57,850 nt of DNA from Pirellulales bacterium. Its GTDB lineage: Bacteria; Planctomycetota; Planctomycetia; Pirellulales; UBA1268. The stretch is taken from assembly GCA_044337015.1 (NCBI GenBank), contig JBIIOJ010000001.1, positions 1 through 57,850 of the forward strand, written 5' to 3'. Of this stretch, positions 16,385-27,700 are shown in pieces; position 1 is the stretch's first letter; each line of letters begins with the position of its first letter. The position numbers were made by a program, and so were the translations under genes. The notes beneath the pieces are model-generated. The model saw only the letters and a list, made by a program, of their open reading frames with translations. It was not told the DNA's origin and searched no databases.

Positions 16385-19300
16385 CTACTTGCAGAGCACT
16401 TCGTCGAGGTTCATCAGTTCGTTCGTGAGCATCGCCCAGCTCGCCAGCTGCACGGCGTCGGTGGACCTCGGCTTCGAGTCGCCGATGGCGATCAGTTTCT
16501 TCGCGTCGTCCGGGTGGGCCTTGTACCACTCTGCCAGGTCGGCGAGGGATTTCTTCACGATCGCGATCTCGTCGGCGGCGAGGGGGCGGGCCAGCAGTCG
16601 CTCGGCGATGTAGTCGATCCGGGAGTCGTCGGTGTCGCCCGCCACTTCCAGGGCCCGGTCGGCGAGAAACCTCGCCGCTTCGACGAACTGCGGGTCGTTG
16701 AGCGTGACAAGCGCCTGGAGCGGCGTATTCGTCCGCTCCCTCTTCACGCAGCAGTTCTCGCGGGATGGCGCATTGAATATGTCCATCGAGGCCGGCGGCG
16801 CCGACCGCTTCCAGAACCAGTACATGCTGCGACGGTAAAGATTCTCTCCCTTGTCTCGCTTGTAGGTGTTCGTGTTGCCGCCCATCGAAACCGCCTCCCA
16901 GACGCCGTCGGGCTGGTAGGGCTTCACGCTCGGGCCGCCGATCTGCCGCACGAGCAGGCCGCTTGCCGCGAGCGCGTGGTCGCGGACCATCTCCGCATCC
17001 ATCCGAAATCGCGGACCCCGAGAGAGAAGCCTGTTGTCGGCGTCCTTCACGAGCTTCTGCGGCGTGGTCGCCGCGGTCTGGCGGTAGGCGGCGCTCGTCA
17101 CCATGAGCCGGAACAGCTTCTTCACGTCCCAGCCGCTCTCACGAAACTCGACGGCCAGCCAATCGAGCAGTTCCGGGTGGCTCGGCAATTCTCCGGTCGT
17201 GCCGAAGTCGCCGCTCGTGCGGACGAGCCCGGTGCCGAAGACCTCCTGCCAGAAGCGGTTCACGGTCACGCGGGTCGTGAGCGGGTGATCCTGGAGGAGC
17301 AGCCACCGGGCGAGGCCGAGACGGTTTCGCGGCAGATCCTCCGGGAAGTCGGGGAGGATTTCGGGCGTGTCGGGCTTCACCTCCTCGCCCCGCTTGTCAT
17401 ATTCGCCGCGGTTCAGGATGTAGGCCTTCGCCATCTCGTTCTTTTCATGCATCACGTGGGCGACGGTGCCCCGCTTGCGGATGTCGGCATGCTCCGACTC
17501 GAGGACGGCCACTTTCGCCGCGGCCGCCTTGGAGGGCTCGTCGAAGTTCGCCAGCCACCAGTCGAACAGTCCGCCGGCAGCCTTCACCCGCTCCGCAGGC
17601 GGCATCTTCACGATCTGCGAGATCGCCTGTGCCCTGGAGAGGCCCTCCACTTCCCTGGCCGCGAGACCGCGGCCCCATAACGCCAGGCCAGCCAGACCGA
17701 CCCCGTGGGCCGTCGAAGCCTGCGAACGCCCGCCGACGACGAGCGGTGTGCCGGTCTTGATCGTCGTCTTTTTGAAGGTATTCGATTCGATCTTGGGGGC
17801 CTGCGGCTTGCCGTCGTAGTAGATCTTCACACCTTCGGCCTTGCCCGATCCGTCGTATGTCACCGCCACGAGCGTCCAGGCGTCGGGCTTGAGCTGCGTC
17901 GAAGACACCACTTTGATGGCGTCTTCAGGGTAGGCGTGGACAAGGTGCATCATGACCCGGCGGCCATGCACGCCGACGTCCCAGCCACGGTGGGCATTCG
18001 CCTCGTCCATCCGCGCTACCACGGCATACGCCGAATCGTTCGCCGGCGGCCGCAGCCAGAACGTGACGCTGAACGGATGGTCGTGCTCGAAGTCACCGGC
18101 GTCTGCGAGCTCCGCCGCCCGCCCGTCGAGCAGCAGCGCCCCCACCCCGCTCGGGCCGGCCTGCCACTTCGTCGAGGTCGTGAGCGGCAGGTCGATCTGC
18201 TTGCCGACGACCCTCGCGAGCGTCTTCGTGCCCTCCCCCTCGAGGAGATCGATCTCGAGAAGCGGCGTGTCCTGCGGCTCGACCTTTTCGGCCACGGCGG
18301 GAGTGGCCTCGGTGATCCAGCGGTCGAACTCGGGCCGCGCCGCCTGCTTGCGAGCCGTCACCGCCTCACGACCGGTGGCCAGCTCCTTTTCCACCACGGC
18401 GAAACGCTCGCGGTCCTCCGCCTTCGGCACGACGAGGATCGGCGGGTTGTCGTGGATGTTGCCGTCTCTCACCGGCTGCGTCGTGTTGTTGAAGAAGGCG
18501 GCGAGCTCGTAGAACTCCTTCTGCGAGAGCGGGTCGAACTTGTGGTTGTGGCAGACGGCACAGCCGGCCGTGAGCCCCATCCAGACCGCCGCCGTGGTCT
18601 CCGTGCGATCGCGGGTGTAGAGGACGGCGTACTCCTCGTCGATGATGCCCCCCTCGTTCGTCGTCATGTTGCAGCGGTGAAAGCCGCTGGCGACCTTGGC
18701 GTCGAGGATCTGCTCGGGCGATGCGTTCGGGCCGTGGTCGTTCACGAGGTCGCCCGCCAACTGCAGGATCGTGAACCGGTCGAACGGCATGTTGCGGTTG
18801 AACGCGTTCACCACCCACTGACGGTAGGTCCACATCTCACGGTAGTTGTCGAAGTGAATGCCGTGCGTGTCGGCGTAGCGGGAGTAGTCGAGCCAGTGGC
18901 GGCCGCGGTGCTCACCCCACTCGAGGGATCCAAGCAGCGAGTCGACGAGACGCTCGTAGGCGTCGGGGTAGGGGTCGGCGACGAACGCATCGACGATCGC
19001 CGGAGCGGGCGGAAGGCCGGTCAGATCGAGCGAAACGCGGCGGGCCAGCACCCGGCGATCAGCTTCGGGGGCGGGAGAGAGCCCTTCGGCCTCGAGCCTC
19101 GAGAGAATGAAGCGGTCGATCGGGTTTCTCGTCCATCCCTCGTTCTTCACGGCCGGCAGTTCGGGCCGCTTGGGCGGAATGAACGACCAGTGCGGCTGAT
19201 ATTCGGCCCCCTCCGCGATCCACCGCTCGAGCAGTGCCTTCTGCTCCGCGGTGAGCACCTTCTTCGCCGAGGGAGGCGGCATCACTTCCTCGTGATCGTC

Positions 19301-19612
19301 GGAAAATATCCGATCGAGGGCGACGCTGGAATCCGGGTCACCGGGAACGATCGCGCCCATTTCGATGGCGGCATCGCGGTCGTCGAGCCGGAGATCGGCC
19401 TTGCGGCCGGCACTGTCGGCGCCGTGGCAGCCGAAGCAGTTTTCGACGAGGATCGGCCTGATGTCGCGGTTGAACTGGAGCGGTCCGGGAACCGCAGATT
19501 GGCCGGATGCCGTTTCAGACCGGGCAGCCGCCCCCGTCACGGCCGCAATGACGGCCGCGATCGCGACCGCCGCATCGGAGACCGCATTCCTTCTCCAGTC
19601 GTTGCATCTCAC
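16385..19612 (-). CDS. PSCyt1/DUF1549/LamG-like/DUF1553/PSD1 planctomycete cytochrome-domain protein
   Basis: The protein has a haem motif (ENCFGCHGAD), DUF1549/DUF1553 blocks (CAVCHNHKFDP, RVTVNRFWQEVFG) and a central concanavalin/LamG-like insert. The start is uncertain. GTG at 19612 gives a plausible signal anchor (VRCNDWRRNAVSDAAVAIAAVIAAVTGAAA). The track ORF continues to 21058 only as an antisense read-through. Confidence 0.85.
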   Translation of the reverse strand: MRCNDWRRNAVSDAAVAIAAVIAAVTGAAARSETASGQSAVPGPLQFNRDIRPILVENCFGCHGADSAGRKADLRLDDRDAAIEMGAIVPGDPDSSVALDRIFSDDHEEVMPPPSAKKVLTAEQKALLERWIAEGAEYQPHWSFIPPKRPELPAVKNEGWTRNPIDRFILSRLEAEGLSPAPEADRRVLARRVSLDLTGLPPAPAIVDAFVADPYPDAYERLVDSLLGSLEWGEHRGRHWLDYSRYADTHGIHFDNYREMWTYRQWVVNAFNRNMPFDRFTILQLAGDLVNDHGPNASPEQILDAKVASGFHRCNMTTNEGGIIDEEYAVLYTRDRTETTAAVWMGLTAGCAVCHNHKFDPLSQKEFYELAAFFNNTTQPVRDGNIHDNPPILVVPKAEDRERFAVVEKELATGREAVTARKQAARPEFDRWITEATPAVAEKVEPQDTPLLEIDLLEGEGTKTLARVVGKQIDLPLTTSTKWQAGPSGVGALLLDGRAAELADAGDFEHDHPFSVTFWLRPPANDSAYAVVARMDEANAHRGWDVGVHGRRVMMHLVHAYPEDAIKVVSSTQLKPDAWTLVAVTYDGSGKAEGVKIYYDGKPQAPKIESNTFKKTTIKTGTPLVVGGRSQASTAHGVGLAGLALWGRGLAAREVEGLSRAQAISQIVKMPPAERVKAAGGLFDWWLANFDEPSKAAAAKVAVLESEHADIRKRGTVAHVMHEKNEMAKAYILNRGEYDKRGEEVKPDTPEILPDFPEDLPRNRLGLARWLLLQDHPLTTRVTVNRFWQEVFGTGLVRTSGDFGTTGELPSHPELLDWLAVEFRESGWDVKKLFRLMVTSAAYRQTAATTPQKLVKDADNRLLSRGPRFRMDAEMVRDHALAASGLLVRQIGGPSVKPYQPDGVWEAVSMGGNTNTYKRDKGENLYRRSMYWFWKRSAPPASMDIFNAPSRENCCVKRERTNTPLQALVTLNDPQFVEAARFLADRALEVAGDTDDSRIDYIAERLLARPLAADEIAIVKKSLADLAEWYKAHPDDAKKLIAIGDSKPRSTDAVQLASWAMLTNELMNLDEVLCK

Positions 19613-19798
19613 GGCGGGGATCGCTCCTGGAAGGCCGACGGAACCTGCCAATTCTATCACGTTTTGCGGCCGCAGCCATGCCGCGAGGGCTGCTAGCAAC
19701 CGGCCAAACGCCAGCACCTTGCGGCCCCGGCCGCACGACGATGGCGGGGGTTTCCACACAAAATCCCGGTCTTCAAAACATCCCCCCGGAAACCGACG

Positions 19799-19806
19799 TA
19801 TATATA
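19799..19806 (+). promoter_or_regulatory. TATATATA -10-like box 7 nt upstream of ATG 19814 (possible leaderless transcript)
   Basis: This is the only TATA-rich octamer in a GC-rich divergent intergenic region, and it directly abuts the start codon. No convincing -35 was seen. Confidence 0.25.
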
Positions 19807-19813
19807 GTTCACC

Positions 19814-21001
19814 ATGATTCAAAAAGCCCCTCGCGCCCTCCACCGCCGGTCGATCGACGAGTTTCCCGCGTTCGACCTGGCCCGACTTCTCAAGACCGTG
19901 TTCGCCCCCGATCGGGGCCAGCGGGTCGCCATCCTGATCGATCTCGCCGACACATCGGCGATGAAGGACTACGCGTTCCTGCGGGATCCCGCGATGTCGA
20001 TCCAGCGGAATGCCTTCGAGGTGTTCCACAAGGCGATCACGACCGCGGCTCCAGGAAGCGAACTGGCGGCCCTCGGGCTGACCGGCGGCGAGATGTTCGC
20101 CTACGAACTCACCGGCGGCAGCAACCTCGACCTGCCCGACGAGGCGGTCGATGCCGCGGGCCGCACCTTGTCGCTCGAGCGAGACGTCTATCCGAACTAC
20201 GACCTCATTCTCTGCATCTCCACCTACTCGGCCACCGCGCCGCTCACGGCGTTCGCCAAGAAGTACGGCTTCCGCGGGGCGACGCTCCACGGGCTCAACG
20301 ACGTGATCCTGCGGACGGGCCTGGCCGTCGACTACCGCGAGGTGAGCCGGCAGGCTGAGAAGCTCCGCGCGAGCCTGACCCGGGCCGATGCCTTCGAGAT
20401 CGATTTCGACCTCGAAGGCGAGCGGTGCACGCTGCGGCTCGAGTGCGGCGGGCAGGAGGCGCAGAAGAGCCACGGCCTCTGCCTCGGCACGAAGCCCGAC
20501 ATCGCGAACCTTCCGGCCGGCGAGGTCTACTTCGTGCCCACGGGCGGCGAGGGCCGCTTCCCGATGCGGTTCGAGGACGGCGCGATCGCGGTGATGGAGG
20601 TGAAGGGAGGCCGGATCGTCCACGCCGACTGGCGGTCGGGCGATTCCGAAGTCGTCGCCGCTTACAACGAGAAGCTGCGAACCGATCCGGTGACGGGCGA
20701 GCTCGGCGAGCTCGGCTTCGGCACGCAGGATCTCCCGGTGTCGGGCCGCGACATCCAGGACGAGAAGGTGCTCGGCACGCTCCACGTCGCGACCGGCCGC
20801 AGCGACCACCTCGGCGGCCGGCTCACCCCGAACCTGTTCGCCAACCGGAAGAACGCCACACACGACGACATCCTCTTCTCGCCGACGAAGACGCCGGAGA
20901 TCGAGGTGACGCAGGCGAGAATGATCCGCGACGGCCGCTCCGAGGTCGTGATCGAGCACTACGAGCCGGCTCCCTACCTGCTCGCGGCGCTCAAAGAGTG
21001 A
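19814..21001 (+). CDS. Peptidase M29 (aminopeptidase T/S)-like protein
   Basis: In the 395-aa product, LPAGEVYFVPTGGEG, GELGELGFGTQ...DEKVLGTLHVATGRS and ATHDDILFSP resemble the conserved M29 blocks (GEvf..P; GtN...DEK..GT.H.A.G; H.D.v). Confidence 0.55.
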   Translation: MIQKAPRALHRRSIDEFPAFDLARLLKTVFAPDRGQRVAILIDLADTSAMKDYAFLRDPAMSIQRNAFEVFHKAITTAAPGSELAALGLTGGEMFAYELTGGSNLDLPDEAVDAAGRTLSLERDVYPNYDLILCISTYSATAPLTAFAKKYGFRGATLHGLNDVILRTGLAVDYREVSRQAEKLRASLTRADAFEIDFDLEGERCTLRLECGGQEAQKSHGLCLGTKPDIANLPAGEVYFVPTGGEGRFPMRFEDGAIAVMEVKGGRIVHADWRSGDSEVVAAYNEKLRTDPVTGELGELGFGTQDLPVSGRDIQDEKVLGTLHVATGRSDHLGGRLTPNLFANRKNATHDDILFSPTKTPEIEVTQARMIRDGRSEVVIEHYEPAPYLLAALKE

Positions 21002-21044
21002 TCGCCGGCAGCTTGACGAGGGCCGCTGCCACAAGGACCGCACC

Positions 21045-21611
21045 GTGAGACGCATCATCGTCGGGATCTCGGGAGCGAGCGGCGCGGCCTACGGCATCCG
21101 CGCGCTCGAGCTCCTGAAGCGGCTCGGCGGTTTCGAGACCCACCTCGTGATGTCGTCGGCCGCCGCGAGGACGATCGCCGAGGAGACCACGCTATCGGCC
21201 CACGACGTGGAGGCCCTCGCCGACGTCGTCCACTCCCACAAGGACATCGGCTGCTCGATCGCGAGCGGCTCGTTCAAGACCGAAGGCATGCTCGTCGCCC
21301 CATGTTCGGTGAAGACGCTCGCGGGGATCGCCCACGGCCTCACCGACGATCTTCTGTCGCGGGCCGCCGACGTGCAACTGAAGGAGCGGCGGCGGGTCGT
21401 CCTGCTCTTCCGCGAGACGCCTCTCCACGCGGGCCACATCGACCTCATGGCGCAGGCCACGAAAAACGGCGCGATCCTCATGCCCCCCGTGCCCGCCTTC
21501 TACGGCCGGCCGCAGTCGCTCGACGACGTGGTCACGCAGACCGTCGGCCGGGCCCTCGACCTCTTCGGCATCGACGCCGGCGTCGTGAAACGCTGGACGG
21601 GGCAGGGCTGA
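21045..21611 (+). CDS. ubiX: Flavin prenyltransferase UbiX
   Basis: IIVGISGASGAAYGIRALELL, LVMSSAA, MLVAPCSVKTLAGIAHG and the 188-aa length are characteristic of UbiX/Pad1. The start is GTG. Confidence 0.9.
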   Translation: MRRIIVGISGASGAAYGIRALELLKRLGGFETHLVMSSAAARTIAEETTLSAHDVEALADVVHSHKDIGCSIASGSFKTEGMLVAPCSVKTLAGIAHGLTDDLLSRAADVQLKERRRVVLLFRETPLHAGHIDLMAQATKNGAILMPPVPAFYGRPQSLDDVVTQTVGRALDLFGIDAGVVKRWTGQG

Positions 21612-21717
21612 GCCTCGTCTTCGGGGCTGATTGTTTCTTTGTTTCTGTGTAACGCCGGGTCGGTCTGGCCGTTGAAAAGTGGGTTCCGCGTAGACTTTCG
21701 GCGCGGATTGCCAGCCC

Positions 21718-24700
21718 ATGCACCCACGCGAGGCCCGACCCATGCCACTCCGTCAACGCCCCGCGATACTGGAACTCGTGATGGCGACTGCCCGGATGCC
21801 CACGGCTTCGAGCCGACGCATTGTCGCCCTGTGCGGCATCCTGTCCCTGCTAGGAGGAGCGTTCGTGGTGCAAGCCATCGGTGGCGACGAGAAGGGGCCC
21901 GCCCCCGCCGACAGGCCCGCGGCCTGGAAGGCGATCCAGCAGGCCCTTGCGGAGGGAAAGCCAAAGACCGCGATCGAAAAACTCGCCGGCGTCGAGCAGG
22001 CGGCGATCACCGAAAAGGCCTGGGCCGAGGCGGCCCGCGCGATCGCGACGCGGATCTTCGCCGAGACGGGTGACCGGCCAGGCGACGACCCGGAGCGGGT
22101 GATCCGCCTTGCCGCTGCGATCGAGAAGGCGCCGGCCGAGACCCGGGGCGTGCTCGAGGCAATCCGGGCCAACTGGACCTGGGGCTACTTCCAGATGAAC
22201 CGCTGGCGGTACCAGCAGCGAACTCAGGGCGGAGCCGATTCGAAGGACCTCACGAAGCTGGCCGAGTGGGATCTGCCCGGAATCGTGGCCGAGATCCGGA
22301 AGCGGTTCGCCGTCGCCGTCGGGGCTCCCGGCAGCCCGGAGCGCGCGGCGATCCAGAAGCTCCCGGTGGCCGAGTGGTCGGCGATCATCGAGAAAGGCAC
22401 GATGGCCGACGCCTACCGGCCCACCGTGTGGGACGTGATCGTCCGCGATGCGATCGAGTTTGCGAGTTCCGGAGAACGTGGGCTCGTCGCGCCGGAGGAC
22501 GCGTTCGAGCTCGTGGCCGATTCGCCCGTCCTCGGCAAGCCCGAGGAGTTTTTGGCGTGGCAGCCGGAGAACGACAAGGCGGTCACCGACTCAGACTCGC
22601 CGCTCCTCGACACGATCCGCCTCTACCGCGACCTGCTCGCCTTCCACAAACTCTCCTTGGCTAAAGCCGAGGGGGCCGATGCCGACCGCACCGCCTTCCT
22701 CGCGGCCGACCTCGACCGGATCATGTGGGCGAGTGGCGCGGTCGTCGCCACGGGCGAGCCGGGTGAGCTTTTCGACCGGAAGGAGGCGGCGCTCCGGGCG
22801 TTCGTCGAGCGGGCCGGCGACCACGAGACGGCCTCGCTCGGACGGTTTCATCTCGCGAGCCTCGTGCAGCAGGGCGACGGGCAGCATGATGGCGCGGGCG
22901 ATTCCGGTGACCCGGTCGAGGCCCGGAAGATCGCGCTGGCCGGTGCCGAGGCGCATCCGAAGAGCCCGGGCGGCGCGATGTGCAAAAGCCTCGTCGTGCA
23001 GATCGAGCGACGCGACCTGTCGCTCCAGACGGAATCGACCTGGGCAGCCCCGTGGCCCGTGATCCGCGTGACCTACCGCAACCTCGCGAAGGTTCACCTG
23101 CGGCTCGTGAAGGCTGACTTTTTTGCGCGGCTCAAGTCGGGTATGCCGCGGTCTGGATGGGGAGGAATGAACGAAGCCGAGCGCAAGGCGATCCTCGCGC
23201 TGCCGGCGCTGAAGCAGCTTGCCGCCGACCTTCCCGCCACCGACGACTACCGCCGGCGGCACCACGACGTGCCGGCGACCGCCCTCGACGCTGCCGGCCT
23301 CGAGCCGGGGCACTACTGGGTGATCGCCAGCCACCGGCCCGACTTCGGCGGCCAGGACAACGAGCTCTCCATGGAGATGGTGCAGCTCACGAACCTCGCG
23401 ATCGTGGCCGAGCAAAACGCGGTCGCGGCGGGCGGCCTCGCGGGCCACGTCGTCGACGTCGCGACGGGCGAGCCCGTCGCAGGCGCGACGGTGAAGGCCT
23501 TCGTCCGCGGGGATCAGGGCGGGCCGCCGCCGTTCAATGAGGCCGGCACCGCAAAGACAGACAAGGACGGCCGCTACGAACTCGCCGTCCCGCAGCAGAA
23601 GGAAGTCGTCGTCGTCGCCACGGCCGAACTCGGTGGCAAGCGGCATACGGTCGCCACCGATTCATCCTACTTCTGGCGAAACGAGCAGCCCTCCGGCTTC
23701 AAGTCGATCGTGCTCGTGACGGACCGCGGCATCCATCGCCCCGGCCAGATCGTGTTCTACAAGGGGATCGCCTGCGCGGGCGACCGTAACAAGGCCGAGT
23801 ACCGCGCCGTGGCCGATCGCGAGATCGTCGTCACGCTCCGTGACGCCAACGGTCGCGAGGTGGCCAAGGCCACCCACAAGACGAATGCCAATGGCTCGTT
23901 CCACGGCAATTTCCCGATCGCGACGGGTGCCCTGCCGGGGCAGTGGTCGATCCAGGCCCAGGCCCAGGCACAGAAATCGGGCAACGACGGTTTTGGGGGC
24001 GGCGTCGGCGTCCGCGTCGAGGAGTACAAGCGGCCCAAGTTTCTCGTGAAGCTCGCGGCGCCCGAAAAGTCGCCGCCGCTCGGTGGCGAGGTTTCCCTTT
24101 CGGGCACGGCGACGACCTACACCGGCGTGGCCGTCTCCGGTGCCAAGGTGAAGTGGCACGTCGAGCGGCAGGTGCGGTGGCCGATGTGGTGCCGCTGGTT
24201 CTTCCCCTGGCTCCCGTTCAACGCTGGCTCGCAGCGGATCGCCCGCGGCACGGCCGTCACCGACGACGCAGGAAAATTCACCGTCACGTTCACGGCGAAG
24301 CCCGACCGGACGGTACCCAAGGAGTCGCTGCCCGTTTTTACGTTTGCCGTCGTCGCCGATGTCACGGATACCAGTGGCGAGACCCGCAGCGACACGCGGA
24401 GCGTGAGCGTGGGCTACGCCGACGTCGAGGTGAGCGTGTCGACGCCAGAGTGGCAGGCTACGGGCGAAGGGGGCAAGCCGGCGGAAGTAAGGCTCACCGT
24501 CGGCACGACGACGCTCGACGGCCAGCCCCGCGAGGCCGCCGGCACGCTCACGGTGTCGCGGCTCGTGCAGCCGGCCGAGGTCGTGCGCGGCGACCTCTTC
24601 GGCGGCCACGGCGGCCCGATGCCCAGGCCGTTCCGCGGCCGTGGCCGCGGCGTCGCTCCAGCGGGCCAGCGGCCAATCGAGCCCGATCCGGCGAACCCGC

Positions 24701-27700
24701 AGACCTGGGCCGTGGGCGAGGTGACGTTCACCCAGAAGGTCGCGACCGACAAGGCCACGGGCAAAGCCGAGGCGACGGCGAGCCTGCCGGCCGGCATCTA
24801 CAAGGCGGTCTTCGAGATTCCGGCGGCGGGCGCCGTGCCGGCGGTGAAGTCCGAGCAGGTCGTCGAGGTGGTCGATCCGGCCACCGAGCGATACGGCGTG
24901 AAGCGGGCGTTCGTGCTCAAGTCGGCGAAGCAGTCGGCCGAACCGCTGAGCGAGTTCATGGCGCTCGTCGGCACGGGCTATGGAGACGGCCGCGCGCTCG
25001 TCGAGATCGCGCAGGCCGGGAAGACACTCACCCGGTATTGGACCGAGCCGGGCCGGACGCAGTGGCCGGTGAGCCTGAAGGTGACCGACGCCCACCGCGG
25101 CGGGTTCACCGTGCGGGCCTGGATGGTCCGCGATGGCCGGCTCTATTCCGAGAGCCGCACGATCGACGTGCCTTGGACGAATAAACGGCTCGCGATCGAG
25201 TGGGAGCGGTTCACGCGCAGGCTCGAGCCGGGCGCGAAGGAGATCTGGCGGGCAAAAGTAAAAAGCGTGGCCGATCCGGTGGCCGGGCCGGCGGCGCCGG
25301 TCGCGGCCGAGTTTCTCGCGCTCGCCTACGACCAGTCGCTCGACGCGCTCGCACAGCATGCATGGCCCGGCAGCATCAACATGTTCCGCCACGAGTCGAG
25401 CTGGCTAAACCTCGCGTTCACCAACCGCGCCGAGGGCTTCAACTACGTCCTTGGCCACTTCGATGAGCCGCAGGTGAACGTGCCGCCGATGACCTACCGC
25501 GTGCTGCGGGATCCATTCGGCTCGCCGGCGATGGGATGGGGACGGGGCTTCGGCGGGGGCCGCGGCCGGTTACTCGCGGCGGGCGCGGCCATGGATGCCG
25601 CTCCAACGGCAGCGGCGATGGCTGCCCCTGCTCCGATGAGGAAAATGGCCGCGAACCGAGCAGCGGACAAACCGGGGGAGGCTGAACAACTCGAGGAGCG
25701 TGAGGCGGGCGATGCGCAAGGCCCCGGCGGCCCGGCGGTCCCGGCCACAGCCGCCCCGCCGCCGCCTCGGAAGAACCTCGTCGAGACGGCGTTCTTTCTG
25801 CCAACGCTTTCGAGTGACAAGGACGGCATCGTGTCGATCGAGTTCACGCTGCCCGACACGCTCACGACCTGGCAGTTCAAGGGCCTCGCCCACGACGCGG
25901 CGCTCCGCAGCGGATCGATCGTGGATACATGCGTGTCTGCAAAAGACCTGATGGTCGAGCCGGTCATGCCCCGGTTTCTCCGCGAGGGGGACGTCGTGCA
26001 GATCCCAGTCAAAGTCAGCAACACCTCCACCGGGCGGCTCTCGGGCACCGTGAAGTTCGCGCTCGCCGACGCCCGCACCGATGCGGACCGCGGCGGGCTC
26101 ATCGACGGCCCAAGGGAGTTGCCCTTCGACCTCGCCGCCGGCGAGTCGAAGCCGGTCGTCTTCACCGTCAAGGTGGCCGACGGCACCGAGACGCTCCGCT
26201 ACCTCGCCACCGGCTCCGCCGGGAAGGCCGCCGACGGCGAGGAAGCCTTCATCCCGGTTCTGCCTCGCAAGGTGCTTGTGAGTGAGTCAGTCCCCGTCAC
26301 GATCCGCGGCCCCGGCACACGGAAGGTGTCGCTCGACCGGCTGGCGAAAACCGCCAACACCGGCGTCGGCACCGACATCCAGAGCCAGTCGCTCGTCGTC
26401 CAGGCGACGTCGAACCCGGCCTGGTATGCGGTGCTCGCCCTGCCCTCGATCATGGAACAGGCCGACGAGAGTACGGAAGCGCTCTTCACGCGGCTCTACG
26501 CCAACTCGCTCGCCCGGCACCTGGCCACGAGCGACCCGCGGATCGGGAAGATCTTCGAGCAGTGGAAGGGGACGGCGGCACTCGAGAGCCCCCTCGAAAA
26601 GAACGCCGACCTCGTGAAGACGCTCCTCGCCGAGACGCCGTGGGTCCGCGACGCGGTGGACGAGCAGTCGGCGCGGGCCCGGATCGCGCTGCTCTTCGAT
26701 GCCACGCGGGCGGAGAACGAAACACAGGCGGCGCTCACGAGGCTGGCGAGCCTGCGAAACGGCGACGGCGGCTGGCCCTGGTTCCCCGGTGGGCGGACCT
26801 GCGACAGCGTGACGCTCGGCATCGTGGCCGGCTTCGGTCGGCTGCGAACGGCCGGCGCGAAGATCGACGTCCAGCCTGCCCTCCAGACGATCCCCTGGCT
26901 CGACGGCCGGCTCGTCGAGGAGAAGCGGCGGGCGAAACAGCTCTGGAAGGACAAACAGGATGAGGTCGTGCTCACGCCGCTGGGCGTCTTCGCCCTCTAC
27001 GCGCGGAGCTTTTTCACGAAGGATGTGCCGCCCCAGGGCGAGGCCGCGGCGGCGATCCAATGGGCCTTTGACGTCGCCAGAAAGTGCTGGACGAAGCTCG
27101 ACAGCCGGCTCACGCAGGGCCAGCTCTCGATCGCGCTCGCCCGATCCGGCGACAAAAAGACGGCGATGTCCATCATCGACAGCCTCAAGCAGCGGGCGGT
27201 GGATGCCAACGTCAAGCCGGGCGAGGAGAAGGAATCCTGGCAGGGGATGTGGTGGCGGGATCCGCACCCCGGCTGGTGGAGCTGGCACTACGCCCCGATC
27301 GCGTCGCAATCGATCATGGTCGAGGCCTTCGACGAGGTGGCCGGCGACAAGGACGCGGTCGAGGCCCTCAAGGTCTGGCTCCTCTCCCAAAAACGCACCA
27401 GCCAATGGCGGGGCAGCCGGGCGACGGCCGACGCCGTCGGGGCCCTGCTCGGCCGCGGCGACGACCTGCTCGCCTCGCAGGAAATCGTGACGGTGGAGGT
27501 CGGCGGCGAGCGGGTGGAGCCCGCGAAGGTCGAGGCCGGCACCGGCTTCTTCGAGGAGCGTTTCACCAGGCGCGAGATCAGACCTGAGATGGCGAATATC
27601 ACCGTCACGAAGAAGGACAAAGGCGTCGCCTTCGGCGGCGTCCACTGGCAGTACCTCGACGACATCTCGAAGGTGCCGGCGGCGGGCCGCGAGGAACTCG

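Noticed and set aside
19613-21058. The upstream 480 codons of the 1557-aa minus-strand track ORF (16385..21058).
   Set aside because: This part is antisense to the M29-like gene and the ubiX start and has no domain signal. The PSD1-type protein has a plausible GTG start plus signal anchor at 19612, matching the length of its paralogue.
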